IMG/VR virus record: IMGVR_UViG_3300022894_000002
Location: 1-36,489 of that record
Direction: 5' to 3' (one strand)
Length of the DNA stretch: 36,489 nucleotides
DNA from: a virus
Taxonomy: Duplodnaviria; Heunggongvirae; Uroviricota; Caudoviricetes; Crassvirales
The notes beneath the pieces are model-generated. The model had not been told where the DNA came from. It searched no databases and saw only the letters and a list, made by a program, of their open reading frames with translations. How positions within the stretch are numbered: the stretch's first letter is position 1; every line of letters starts with the position of its first letter. Positions 20,901 to 27,100 of the stretch are shown here, one piece after another. Position numbers and translations under genes: made by a program.

Positions 20901-20996
20901 ATCAGTGGCTCCTTGTATAGGAGTTTTATCTAAATATTGTTCATATAAAGATTTTTTTTTATTATCTTCAAATAATTTATCTAATAATTTACCCAT
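5988..20996 (-). CDS. 5002-aa virion-packaged RNA polymerase polyprotein (crAss-like vRNAP) with helicase, ART-like and two zincin domains
   Basis: GGDYDIDK catalytic motif (D2613-D2617, nt 13146-13160), preceded by YRIPTQG, DAQGWIT and GTQFRKL. HEAFH at H1319, GKGGTGKT at G3275, HEFSH at H3858, YHGS at H4020. Gly/Ala-rich hydrophobic stretches near the N-terminus. Follows the cargo and muzzle genes. Confidence 0.9.
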   Translation of the reverse strand: MGKLLDKLFEDNKKKSLYEQYLDKTPIQGATDIQLGQYGVGDSQYDTDITPGNVSELESIRGQRQSRTAKVANAIPRLISKVGTEVAKTPAYLYAMGEAVATDKTLAETLDNAWLNTLEGLDQKTKQEFAIYKPKSVTEGNLWDNITSTSFWTDEGVDGAGFLIAMLAPGMALRGANIAGNLSKVGVGANTAKNIELGAGALMNSALESAAEAKGLVDQLKPQLMKLVEEGKITQEEANQRLGEAGKNSFLQNMALIAGPNFLMQKNLLGRFIPSKTALSEVTDEAGNLLKPIQLQGKELANQYAKEIGTNLFSEGFIEEGGQFAIENYNKKLALGQTNSDFVKGILESYGEALTSTEGQKSIFLGSFLGGLGSGASNIGKAKKDFEGKSQLYDLMQSNFNGFDKSISDLYTKDKEGNLTSELNPVKVKNFMQDIVKEHLSSQLKDTYATLDNKEAYDYISNQEFTKFALPYLQQEGGLQLLNKHIDQLSKKLIDNEKNQRGVDTTLDEVKYITNLKLKGQKLQKVVNSINSTLKVDIPAETPLQQAKVNEFTNRLKSTAIQETSKQLFLNDRINNLNLELVELEMGLSKDIPQNKIEADKIKNQIEKYNNELKSSIEKYNKIFDKEEQKKAFNISNEVEEQEEKVSEKETKEAIKTDVKQFAERIKNGEVLSTPEDQEFYTNNSKEIEKELQRLKKEDLTKPSESNIDEENINERAIITTEEKESKKALDPFKSENGWDGITFLINGEKYGIKSVDDNKYTLKNIKNNKEVVLTSENLLQFASRDITPSQDRFYTYVRNTENVAGHKFLPVTKKNNPELYEELLKLQDDELDFNNEVARQHDKIDSIYLVLLDSSGNQIKVDNKPLFTYMTRPERIDKSEILSEDKAKLVQLREEILALKKGTNQTLIITDKSKGTPQFEPKVNGERQSNPLIGTLYDNKNEIKLELVTQEAGKDYGFLSNGQIANPGKLYALKGKIAIDLIPRKLNEQEVDKLTELLEKRLKGESNISKEIEKLIFFGIGKKGINNYTVAVKEDKLYLGKDIVLTLDIFNPTLVKAYLLNSGKTVHINNKYGFKDGYIDILGNKHDSYQDYLVLGDNPLFGTDLKPKSEIQFRNQYLIYNPELKSDNLVTSQPEVNTESKEEEIKPFPTEASNLDPRKSEIEKRRQEDISNIIEGSNSDDSWYELKVDHSKRNLVKEKLDGKYWNYNDLVTKINAKYDAELAALEEENKGPYTKNAEIKIRKPRSKEGDFDKKNRLASVVKDKSELTQQEINWFKNNFPNIPLEKVKGLIDEQAFGQFLSSGKVLLSDEAPTGTLYHEAFHTVTQLYLTDKEVNNLYNEAKERTELKDNLDIEELLAEDFAEYKKTGKILKDSPVRNTLFRKLINFIKDLLNLPAKSIQDIYRRLDKGFYKNKKRTNRNQFSKLNKALKDKSEKFTKDLLDGMDAIFFKTLFLNNKTVIDSFQYVDAALNRVHDVITDLYEDVNNDYNYTISEELQDYVYDNWEIISNKWLERMNSLGANLKDFDLTKDYQENIIEEDNLPSKDENESVDSDENIKERSGEAYQEANLTSAKSKMFNSSKFLIRSLVQKDSKNNDVLSELGLSLTVQFDKTYNYLLKELTGLGWNYNNYYNKISELTKVKPEFNQILTRLLAPGQAVTMEQIMLQNQFVQDFNKNKATSYITLIEGDKIYQVDATQQATVDRIKDKWQSNLRYNSKQNVEGRLIFDYSKLKGLGNIKYLEGLGFTFSKETIKELEDNKEFSDAVTAIRNYITSNNGDVTTFFSGKELSGRLSTLAQLEAEFTPDTVELSYINSENKTVYSIGYNNFLSIIKNTINRVSNLTELYQELPHLKSVTTEGSLWLNKMFDKDGNKREGVQINLNLQDGVKNKDNEDAASTRKLSIGDKLIQDINSTLLNGLTNYIRASDKATEHTLNLSGYGKNQKLPVSIDELKDGFDSNTLKEIFRGYFKSEFKRIALFKINNLGKNIDQYQKAGNKWTIFSSILNSENKKFLENEIDELKLQDLDSIQLNNELDLTAQAFSETLDKDVIKFFEGYLFEQNKQLEENRINLTQGISSELKQYNLDQLVRALIVTDMINSIEQTKLFIGDMAFYKDLFKRTSSASGTKESCRVDNELHDWLNNNNKRLDKKLADGKINVSIFNDSTQQSDYIDEYIDSLVSSGINPELAKEQMKAYSEMDEGDAQGWITIDEFREFSIRLGKWDKYKEDIFDKLQNNKELTPGELSYFLPLKAQYFGPQDYKGLYAPAYHKYSLMPLIPQLVKGRNLEVLLKNMTENQIGYALFKTGSKVGTPVNSKGEANNFYTDKNNGEINTSNWTKQVISYKYLGLQQKSSEPKEKVIFGTQFRKLLFSNLYESGLVNEGFTGSKQLFEEYNKIIDDLIKVEKDKLIKELGLNPNNYTSEDVTKLVKLLQQEAKDRALPDNLIESLQSELIDGKYLLKYKFDSMVNKPKIDSMLMAIINSRLIRQKINGDALVQGASSGFEKTGNRKAGSNSSLKFYTNKGENGTTTHAECMVAMNKNYKPLLDKYGSLEALNQAIKDNKVDKRLLQLVGYRIPTQGLNSIDMLEIKEFLPETSGTLIVLPTEIVAKSGGDYDIDKMNIFRPKMDKEGNYIQTPENRIIEIATQILSNPTNFNALITPNSTKILTDLVDEIRWIEHKNSKPKYTGDITQYKKEVKDELNNIKYTEQLKLTTKTKQFQKFMLAKDMIGIAAIQNTHHIISQLVGLTLNKTYYIVDKKKPGQLIEKNRVISFEHNRGNNNTIDLGKTSDVEGKNRISEVISQIINATVDAAKDPFLFDLNMTLETLSTYTYLIRIGVPFDTVVYFMKQPIITKYLTELSVNQSMFLGSSNYVAKEQAKAIVKNEYKTNELIDISKVYNSEELKSYLIKENQQSEEFKANQLHILDKFLEYQDQSSMLSDAIKSTNYDTKGLGKNYGTSILQKDLEDKVFKDNFVNGIDRIKNNTFIGAFDQVDFSLSAYGQFYDIYNNKDLSNTVQNLINKINPFGDENKIKLRTLIENDLIQYITQNYGYNNITELQDKLFKTESVAKELLRIKNNPSNPDEIRIGKNMLIEELYPLINQSKQEKDNIKIYSRRYDTFKANQLTESFNELRQLDPVLAKNIMDVGIIQSGLNNSPITYLGLIPYDYYNELVKQSFLNFNKKNGAEDLYKFQALFLRENPKGIPKQGWIYGKNYDVNSKEDYVVIPETPVEVIKPVIANKYELFPGVFANKDQEIAIDKINNFLNSSDQEFLLAGKGGTGKTSIVNKAISEFKGNIVGATVADEARGILQESMKGKTTKTIASLLGLVPDFRQDSGELYFRVRNSEEEKEFRNNFKRDPIESADLVIIDESSMITNEILDLLLKLKRPTAKLIFMGDNHQLPPIGDINSPIFERLENTDNYSELTIRMRQKEESPILPVTDIYADNIDLLEQGKGVKKPTFTRIEKFDESTNQGVKYIKNNKELITEFVKDLKEGVNSKHVITVVARNETARLVSDAIRNELLDNPSEDYQIGEIIRVNQPYIVDKEIVLANGFKGKIIERENFKLLDKYEGYRLTVEFDSVDSKGNPIKAKKIIETLSQKDLPNFKKILSELGKDIKSRGLDFKSEKRAFATELYPLKEKIVDIGYNYAITSHKVQGSTYEITYVMEDDIMSFPDNTNGLTINRMMYTAISRPKTKLVIYSPSQEFTKEEYKSNPDIQYKKLEVQAIPLREDTKALYKEYNLLTNDGKIKIVPDTEKTKTWVKTLNQSPYYSFRLRNTPGGLRILIYPKQSNQLDLQFNREEGETEISKEVMQTLLDKLKDKLGIDYELTNESGDPYYSNNKVVIPTGNLTLETPLHEFSHGLFDSLEKFNPKLFNKLIKDILATEEGKQIEETVERLYPEDDNTNKQLKEIGVRALTEVAKKNINPKTGKPFLEVIKRLFYALKQMFRSIFGKDIKITDLNENTTLQELADMLTIGTGKIDLILINSREQIEINRTQELEKIVTDIFPNTQVKQILYHGSNENIEIFDKKKRASNFNAPISQLGFSFTPSKRIANLYGKNLHPVILNIQELTEIDIQQDTPERHHKEYVYRSIIEGLEKEGLLGDGVELPYIDGQIEYLVFEPEQIYILTQKELNKINEINTKYNNQLKNLEEIQFKKSNKNEEKQESAFTKQEIYFSNRIKRLTNNLNKLQEGTNKYEELEKELDELKEKFNTAKTLQNRDLFRELGEETLSKVEEFIIELEEGSAKDTAKNIEHSIDVINTFSNFDKLRDDSADLLNRLKPFIDELKVEEVQEFATEKVKPTLEDIENQDTDISKRIEGTGSLSDLANYIGRTIGSLIKSVQNKVETFTKRTKNEIERKVKLLNDYAKKNGASLENTYKLFVQESDNTLKLVQPYFDDGKENPNWNKIQSTPELKQFYDFYVSKMEEAQKDLPIDLGKSFIPNIRKTDLKSKIKSLSIIKERIIKEGFEEENLSDVVPLEYHKNIPASEKSSDLGTSLFEFSKFAYNQKEMSDILPKLRLLQESLTYKIVNGNYIERQFKTSNNPKLTIPGRKTNLYNMIDKVIDMQVKGNMKLEQFQYVKSETTDENGNTVQTVVDGTKAIDLLLKYNSLLRISLSPITSLTNWIFGDISNTIEAIGGQFFNTKQLHQASKIFFKQNFDRDSVMNKLLEELNPLQELMDYSLKSDIEEIGTKKLTTDRIQEIMYSMQTSGEKFLQSRTLLAVMIKESYLTSNGELTDKYKNADKKEKQQLSDKVQRLNQKIHGRYSVKEAATLQQNVLFRLISQFRKWVPAAYEARFNTKQYDNRLQADIEGSYKTFNRLVLKNWKNPKQAFENLLLPLINAKKLLKEGKLTESEVYNMRKMAIELISIGTLTMLYAFLHGGDDDKDKLRRRLPQIKLALTLLDRASGDLTFFYSPEQINQLGKNAIPLSKTIGDIIQATYIIPKVLYTGDYTIKKGSSKGHNRILKEFADITPLAKPAFELYKIGRKDVSLEEQRN
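8600..8990 (-). other. ADP-ribosyltransferase-like (ART-PolyVal-type) domain within the giant ORF
   Basis: LYHGS...F...LGFSFTPS..IA..YG...VILNI...DGV...IEYLVFEPEQIYIL, the pattern of polyvalent-protein ART domains. Confidence 0.72.
9150..9540 (-). other. Zincin-like metallopeptidase domain 2 (HEFSH) within the giant ORF
   Basis: ETPLHEFSHGLF (9411-9425) followed by KEIGVRAL and FLEVIKRLFYALKQMF, similar in layout to domain 1. Confidence 0.65.
9895..11290 (-). other. SF1B Dda/RecD-like helicase domain within the giant ORF
   Basis: Q motif DQEIAI, I GKGGTGKT (11151-11174), Ib KTIASLLG, II IIDESSM, III GDNHQLPPI, IV LTIRMRQ, V YAITSHKVQGSTY, VI MYTAISRP. Confidence 0.9.
12400..14700 (-). other. 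Two-barrel RNA polymerase catalytic region within the giant ORF (boundaries approximate)
   Basis: DYDID corresponds to the DFDID motif of Cellulophaga phage phi14:2 gp66. YRIPTQ lies about 35-40 aa upstream. Confidence 0.85.
16780..17160 (-). other. Zincin-like metallopeptidase domain 1 (HEAFH) within the giant ORF
   Basis: GTLYHEAFHTV (HEAFH at 17028-17042) followed by IEELLAEDFAEY, which supplies a candidate third Glu ligand. Confidence 0.78.
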
Positions 20997-22756
20997 TAAT
21001 TTGCTCTATTTTTAGATACTTCTGTTATTCCAGATTTTAATAATCCAGATTTCATTAATTTTTTTACTTCTAATTCTCTAATTTCTTCTAATGTAACTTT
21101 TTCTGAATTAACTCCATCTGTTAATACATATTCCCATTCAGGTTGTCCATTTTTATGTAATTTAGGTTTTACATCAATTATAAATCCATCTCCTAAATTT
21201 ACTTTTGCTGGTGCCAAAGATCTCCTTGCTTCATTTAATGCTTGTGAACCTTTAAATATATCCTGCATATTAGCATCAGGACTTATTAATACTCTTCTTG
21301 TATTTCCATTTTCATCTGGTACTTCAACATAATAAGCTCCCGCAACAGGTCCAGCTTGTGTAAATCCACCAATTCCTTTTTCTAATACTTTATTAAAATC
21401 TTCTTCAGTAATATCTAATTCATTTAATACTTCATCAAGGGTTCCATTAGATGTTCTTCCTTTTCCATCCCATAAATAGAAATTCCTTCCTTGTTTATCT
21501 TTAACTATACTTTTACCAATATCTTCTGAAGCATTTCCTGATATAGAATATAATTTACCAGATTCATTTGTTACAGATTTTTTATTTAATCTATAAACCT
21601 CAATAGTTTCTTTTGGATTTAAATTTTTAAATTCAGGATTGTTTATCTTTAATTGATTTATAAAGTCAGTTTGTTCTTTTAATTTTTGAGTATTTTCAGT
21701 TTTGTTTTTATTAGTTATAATTGGTGCATCATTATATAATGATGCTGATGTTCTTGTTACTGTTGGTTGATTATATGAAACTTTTAATGATCCATCTTTA
21801 TTAAATTCAAAATCCTTTGTTTCATCTTCAAATAAAGCATCTTGATTAATTCCTTCTGATTGTCTTGAAGTTGGTAATAATGGTTCTTCTATTTGTTTAG
21901 GGGCTTTAGATGTATAACTTCTACCTTGTTTTTGAGATTCTATATTTTTAGAATAATAACCTGGATATGAATTAACTAAATTTTCAACAATTTCATCATT
22001 AGTTAAACCTGCATTTTTTAATTTGTCATATCTAACAGATTGTTTATTAAATATTCCTTCACTTCCTTCAACTAAAGATTTAGCTAATTTTCTTACTTTA
22101 TCTCTTGTTATTTGTTCTTTAGATTGACTATTAACTGTACTATAATCAGTAAAAGAACCATCTGCATTAGGTACTCTATTCCAAGTTTCTTTTTCTAATT
22201 CTTTATCTAAATCTGATTTAATTCCAGAATACCAATCTTTAAAATCTTCTGTATAAGTTATAGGAGTTAATCCTTCATAATGTTTATCAAAGTCATCTAA
22301 ACTATAATTTGGGTTAATTCTATTCCAACTTTTAGTTTGAGGATTCCAACCTTGAGCCAATCCATTATCTAAAAATCCTGGATTATCTTTTAACATTTGT
22401 TTTACTTGAGGTGTATAAGAAGCATCTCTCTTAACTAATTGAACTTCTGGATTAGTATTAAAATGGTTTATTAAAGTTAAAGCTCTTCTAGAAGCATCTC
22501 TACTATTTAATTTACCAGTAGCTAATTCTTCAGAAATTTTATTAGCTTCTTGATTATAAGCTTGATTTAATCTTTGTGCCTCTAAATTAGTAGAATAACC
22601 TGGTTGAACATTAAAAGCATTTTTAGCTTGTTCAATACCAGCTAAAGCTTGATTATCTTCATTAACCATATCTTGTTGCATCTTATATATAAGATTAAGA
22701 TCTTGAGGAACAAAATCTGTTATATAAGGTTGACTACTTGCGTTAAAATATCTCAT
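20996..22756 (-). CDS. Putative internal virion (cargo/ejection) protein, 586 aa
   Basis: N-terminal YITDFVPQDLNLIY-type motif typical of crAss-like cargo proteins. Sits between the cargo-1-like gene and the vRNAP; TAATG-coupled to the vRNAP. Confidence 0.65.
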   Translation of the reverse strand: MRYFNASSQPYITDFVPQDLNLIYKMQQDMVNEDNQALAGIEQAKNAFNVQPGYSTNLEAQRLNQAYNQEANKISEELATGKLNSRDASRRALTLINHFNTNPEVQLVKRDASYTPQVKQMLKDNPGFLDNGLAQGWNPQTKSWNRINPNYSLDDFDKHYEGLTPITYTEDFKDWYSGIKSDLDKELEKETWNRVPNADGSFTDYSTVNSQSKEQITRDKVRKLAKSLVEGSEGIFNKQSVRYDKLKNAGLTNDEIVENLVNSYPGYYSKNIESQKQGRSYTSKAPKQIEEPLLPTSRQSEGINQDALFEDETKDFEFNKDGSLKVSYNQPTVTRTSASLYNDAPIITNKNKTENTQKLKEQTDFINQLKINNPEFKNLNPKETIEVYRLNKKSVTNESGKLYSISGNASEDIGKSIVKDKQGRNFYLWDGKGRTSNGTLDEVLNELDITEEDFNKVLEKGIGGFTQAGPVAGAYYVEVPDENGNTRRVLISPDANMQDIFKGSQALNEARRSLAPAKVNLGDGFIIDVKPKLHKNGQPEWEYVLTDGVNSEKVTLEEIRELEVKKLMKSGLLKSGITEVSKNRAN

Positions 22757-22759
22757 TTA

Positions 22760-24148
22760 TTATTGATTAAATACTGATTTAATACCTACTTCATAAGGAA
22801 CATAAGTTCCATTTTTTTCCCAAATCATTTCTCCATTTCCATCTCTGGTTAATTTATAACCATTTCTAGACATCAAAGATACTAAATCTTTTTGATTATT
22901 CCTAGAACTTTTTTCATTATTTATTGAACCTATCTTAGAACTCATATCTGACAAGCCTTTTGAAACAGCAGATCTAGCTGCATCAGTTTCTTGTTGTCTT
23001 GCAATAGCTTCTTGCATTTGAATACCTGCATTTTGAGAACCTGTTTGATTAACTATTCCTGTATTAATTTTATTATAATCTGATTTAATACCAGCTCTAC
23101 CCATTCCTCTAGTTATTCCTTCTTTACCAGTTAAACTATTCATTTGAGCTAAATATTCTCCAGAACTTGTTGCACTATTTCTAATAGCATTTTTAGCATT
23201 ATTAAAAGTAGTACTTGTAGTATTATTAAAACCAGTAATAGCAGGATTAGGATTAGCTAAATAAGGGTTAACTCTTTGAAAATCAACAGGATCTCCTCCT
23301 TTAACTCCTTGTAAAATGTTATAAGCATCTCCAGCTAATTGAGGTATAATATTTCCATAATTAGGTTTATTAGATATAGGATTGATACTTTGATTATCTG
23401 TAACATTTGAAGTTATAGGTATATTAGGAGTATTAATATTATTGTTATTATTAAAAGTTGGTTGAATTAATCCACTTCCAGAACTTACTGTTGGATTTGA
23501 AAAAATAGGTTCTGTTGAACCATCTAAATTAATAACTCCATTATCAGGAACCATAGCATTATTAAATCTTAAATCATTCATTAATAGTGCATTAGCTCTA
23601 GTATCACTTAATGGGTTATTAGGATCAAAATTATTTAAATATCCTCCTTTAGCATATTTCTTTTTTAATTTTCCACCACACATATATTTATTTGTTATAT
23701 CACTTAACATTAATGATTTTTTCATATTTTCTTGTTGATTACTTAATTTTTCTAATTCTAACTTTTTACCCATAGCATCTATTTTATCATTATCTCTAAA
23801 GTATTTTTTATCTATAGATTTACTTTTATTTGCAAAAGTTTGTTTTTTATTATAAGGAAGATTATTAGAGAATACAAAATCATTAATTATTGTTTCACCA
23901 TTCTCAATTTCATTATTATTAGATAATTGAATTCCACCTTCTGAATGTTCTAAACCTTTAGCTTGTATTAATTTACCTCCGTTCATAAATTGATTTTGTA
24001 CAAAGTTACCCGCTTTACTTCCTAACATACCTCCAATAGAAGTACCTATACCAGGAGCTATAAAACTCCCTAAAGCCATCCCTCCTATTGAACCTAGTGT
24101 AGAACCTAATTCTCCTCCTTGTTGATATTTATATGTTTTATTTTTCAT
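22760..24148 (-). CDS. Putative cargo protein 1-like ejection protein with glycine zipper, 462 aa
   Basis: Gly-zipper GSTLGSIGGMALGSFIAPGIGTSIGGMLG, four [YF]xxGGxL motifs and GLEHSEGG...EIENGET. Immediately downstream of the muzzle gene. Confidence 0.7.
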   Translation of the reverse strand: MKNKTYKYQQGGELGSTLGSIGGMALGSFIAPGIGTSIGGMLGSKAGNFVQNQFMNGGKLIQAKGLEHSEGGIQLSNNNEIENGETIINDFVFSNNLPYNKKQTFANKSKSIDKKYFRDNDKIDAMGKKLELEKLSNQQENMKKSLMLSDITNKYMCGGKLKKKYAKGGYLNNFDPNNPLSDTRANALLMNDLRFNNAMVPDNGVINLDGSTEPIFSNPTVSSGSGLIQPTFNNNNNINTPNIPITSNVTDNQSINPISNKPNYGNIIPQLAGDAYNILQGVKGGDPVDFQRVNPYLANPNPAITGFNNTTSTTFNNAKNAIRNSATSSGEYLAQMNSLTGKEGITRGMGRAGIKSDYNKINTGIVNQTGSQNAGIQMQEAIARQQETDAARSAVSKGLSDMSSKIGSINNEKSSRNNQKDLVSLMSRNGYKLTRDGNGEMIWEKNGTYVPYEVGIKSVFNQ

Positions 24149-24151
24149 ATC

Positions 24152-27100
24152 TTAATGTATTGATTGTCTGTAAAATGTTATTATTGGATGTATTATTAGT
24201 CTATAACCATCTAAATTATTGTAAACTATATCTGTTTGTAAATACATATCTCTTAATCTTGGTTTAGATAAAGTTGAATAGGTAGAGTTATTAACATCTC
24301 TTTGAATAGCTACTTTCCAATCTCTTTCCTTCTTAATTATATTAGTTTGAGGAATTAAATTAATTAAACCAGTATCTTGATTTTCTGTTCTATGTCTAAT
24401 TTGATCTATAGTTTCTAAGTTAAGTAGAGTAGAGTCATCATATAATTCAGTTTGAAACTGTTGATTATCCCAAACTTTAGTAGATAGTGGATTTTCATTT
24501 GTTAAAAAAGTTACACTACTTGGATATATTTCTCCATAGAGTTCTCCATAATTACCTTTATTATGCCAATAACAATCTTTATTTTCTGAACCAAATACTT
24601 TATAATTTAATCTAAAATATAATCTAGGTATAAAAGAATAATAACTTTCAAAACATTGCATCTTTTCATTATAACCTAAAGTAAAATTAGCTTCACTATC
24701 TGAGAAGGTAAAGTAAACTGTTTGATATTCTGTATCATAAACTCCTTGTACACCAACTCTATTTAAAGTTTGGTCTAACTTATTCATAAGATTAGTAGTT
24801 TGTTGTAACTTACTAAATAATCCTAAGTTATCTGAAATACATTCTAATCCTTCTCCTAACTTAAATAGTTTCTTTAAATTACCATCATAATGATAAATAG
24901 CTTGATTAGTATTTATAATAGCAAATTGATGAGTAGCTCCTGTTTCTTTAGTAATATAGTCATATCTAGAAAGTAATTTACCATTAGATAAAACAACTCC
25001 TCCATCTTCAGAATTAACAGCTCCTCTTTCATTAGTAGCAGCTATACCTATACCATTTGATTGATAGAAGAATAATTTATTCTTATTAACTACTAAATCA
25101 ATTATTTGTCCTTGAGTACCTTCAACATCTATATAATCTACAAATTGAAAATCTCTCCAACTATCTACTACTTCTCCATCAATTTTCTTTTTAGAGTGCC
25201 ATATCCTATTAGTATATTGATCTACTTCTGAGTTATATAAAAGACTTTCAGGGAAATACTTATTAATATTATATCTTTGATTAAATACTTCATTAAATTG
25301 AAAGTCTGATAGTAAGAACCTTTTAGTTCTTAATACATCTTTAGCTGGTTCTAATTTAATCTTAGTTATCTTCTCTTTAAGATTTCTTAGAAACTTTCTA
25401 ACAGGTCTTTTCTTTTCTTCAAGTTTAAACTCACTAGTTTCTTCTAATTCATCAGGACTAAGATTATTAATAACATGTTGACCTTCTCTTAATGTAAAGT
25501 TAAAATCAGCTTCACAAGGAAAGATTTCATATAATCCTTTCTTAGTTCTTAAAGCCTTTTGATAGCCTTCTGGATTAATCTGGTCATAGTAATAACAGTA
25601 ATTTACTGCTCCATAAGCACCTAAATAAGTATCTCCTAAATTAGCTTTAATTGAATAAGATTGATCTCCTACTCTTGTAATTAAAGAATAGAACTCACTA
25701 GCTGGTATATATTCATTATTAGCTCTACTTGAATATCCTATACCATTATATTGATTTTTAGAGTTAGGTCTATTGTAAGATACAGTAAAATCACCTCCAT
25801 AATCTATAGGTCTAATAGTATCTGCTGCATCATTAGCTTCTAAATTAAACTTATTAGATTCAGCATCTTCTATAGTGTAATCACTATAATTAGTTAAACC
25901 ATTTCCACCTAATTCTATATCTGTAACAAATATATGTTTCTTATCACCTATACCTAAAGCTCTTTCACCTTTACTAAATTTAGCTAAATATAAACCTAAT
26001 ATAATAGGATTAAATACTAATCCAGCTTCTCCTAATGTAACTAAAGCATCAGCTTCAAAAGTAGCTTTATTAGTAATTGAACCACTTGAATTAGTTGAAG
26101 GTAATTTATTAATATAACTATTAGATATAATAAAATCTAATTCTTCACTATTAGGAGCATAAGTTAATATACTATCAAAACCTGTACCTAGTAATTCAGC
26201 TGGTTTTAATACTTTTTGATTTTTTATACTAATTCTCCTAGAAGCTTTATCAGCTACTTTATCCCAAGTAAATTCATTACCTTGATACCATTTTCTAATA
26301 TAAGCTGAACTATCTATTGGGTTGTATATTCCTACAGTAGTATCTCTATGAACTTCATTAACTAACTTTGAGTTATTATTAAATCCTTGTATAGGTCTTA
26401 AAAAATCTCCAGTTCTGTATTTATAAGTATCAAAGTCTATAATAGGAGATATAGTATAACCTATATTACCACTTCCTTGTGGAGAGTTAATATTACTATA
26501 AGCAAAACCTTTACCTAAAGATAAAACATTTTTATGTAATCCAGCTACTTTTTTAGCAAATATATCAGCTAATTTTTCTTTAAGTAAGTTTCTTGTAAGT
26601 TCAATAACTCTTGGACCAAACAATTTAATAAGATTAGTAGCTGTACTAAATCCTGGTATAGCAGATAATATACCTTGCTTCTGATTAGTTACACCTTCCA
26701 AGATAGAATCTACCATATCAGCTAAGTGATCTGGATTAGTTAATCTATCTAAATTTGAATCACTTGAAGTTAATTTATCTGATATAAATTTACTAAAGGC
26801 TATACAAATTTTATCTACAACATTTTCTTTAATATTAAAAGGATCAAATCCTGTACCTCCTACTAAATTATCTAAAACTCTTTTAAGTAATGAAGTAGCT
26901 GTTCCAGCTATTAAAGCAATAGCTTCATCTTTACCAAATCCAGGTACTTGTTCTTTAAAGAATTGTTCAAATCCTCCTGTAACACCTGTACCAAATCTAG
27001 TTTTATCTTTAGCTTTTCTTTCTACATAAACTATTCTAAATCCACTAATATCTTCAGCTAAGTATTGAGGTACATTAACTTCAAATTCTACGTTAGTAGA

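Noticed and set aside
20734-21015. 93-aa + strand ORF from the ORF track
   Set aside because: Lies antisense to the vRNAP start and the upstream gene's end, has no motif or expression signals; a shadow ORF.
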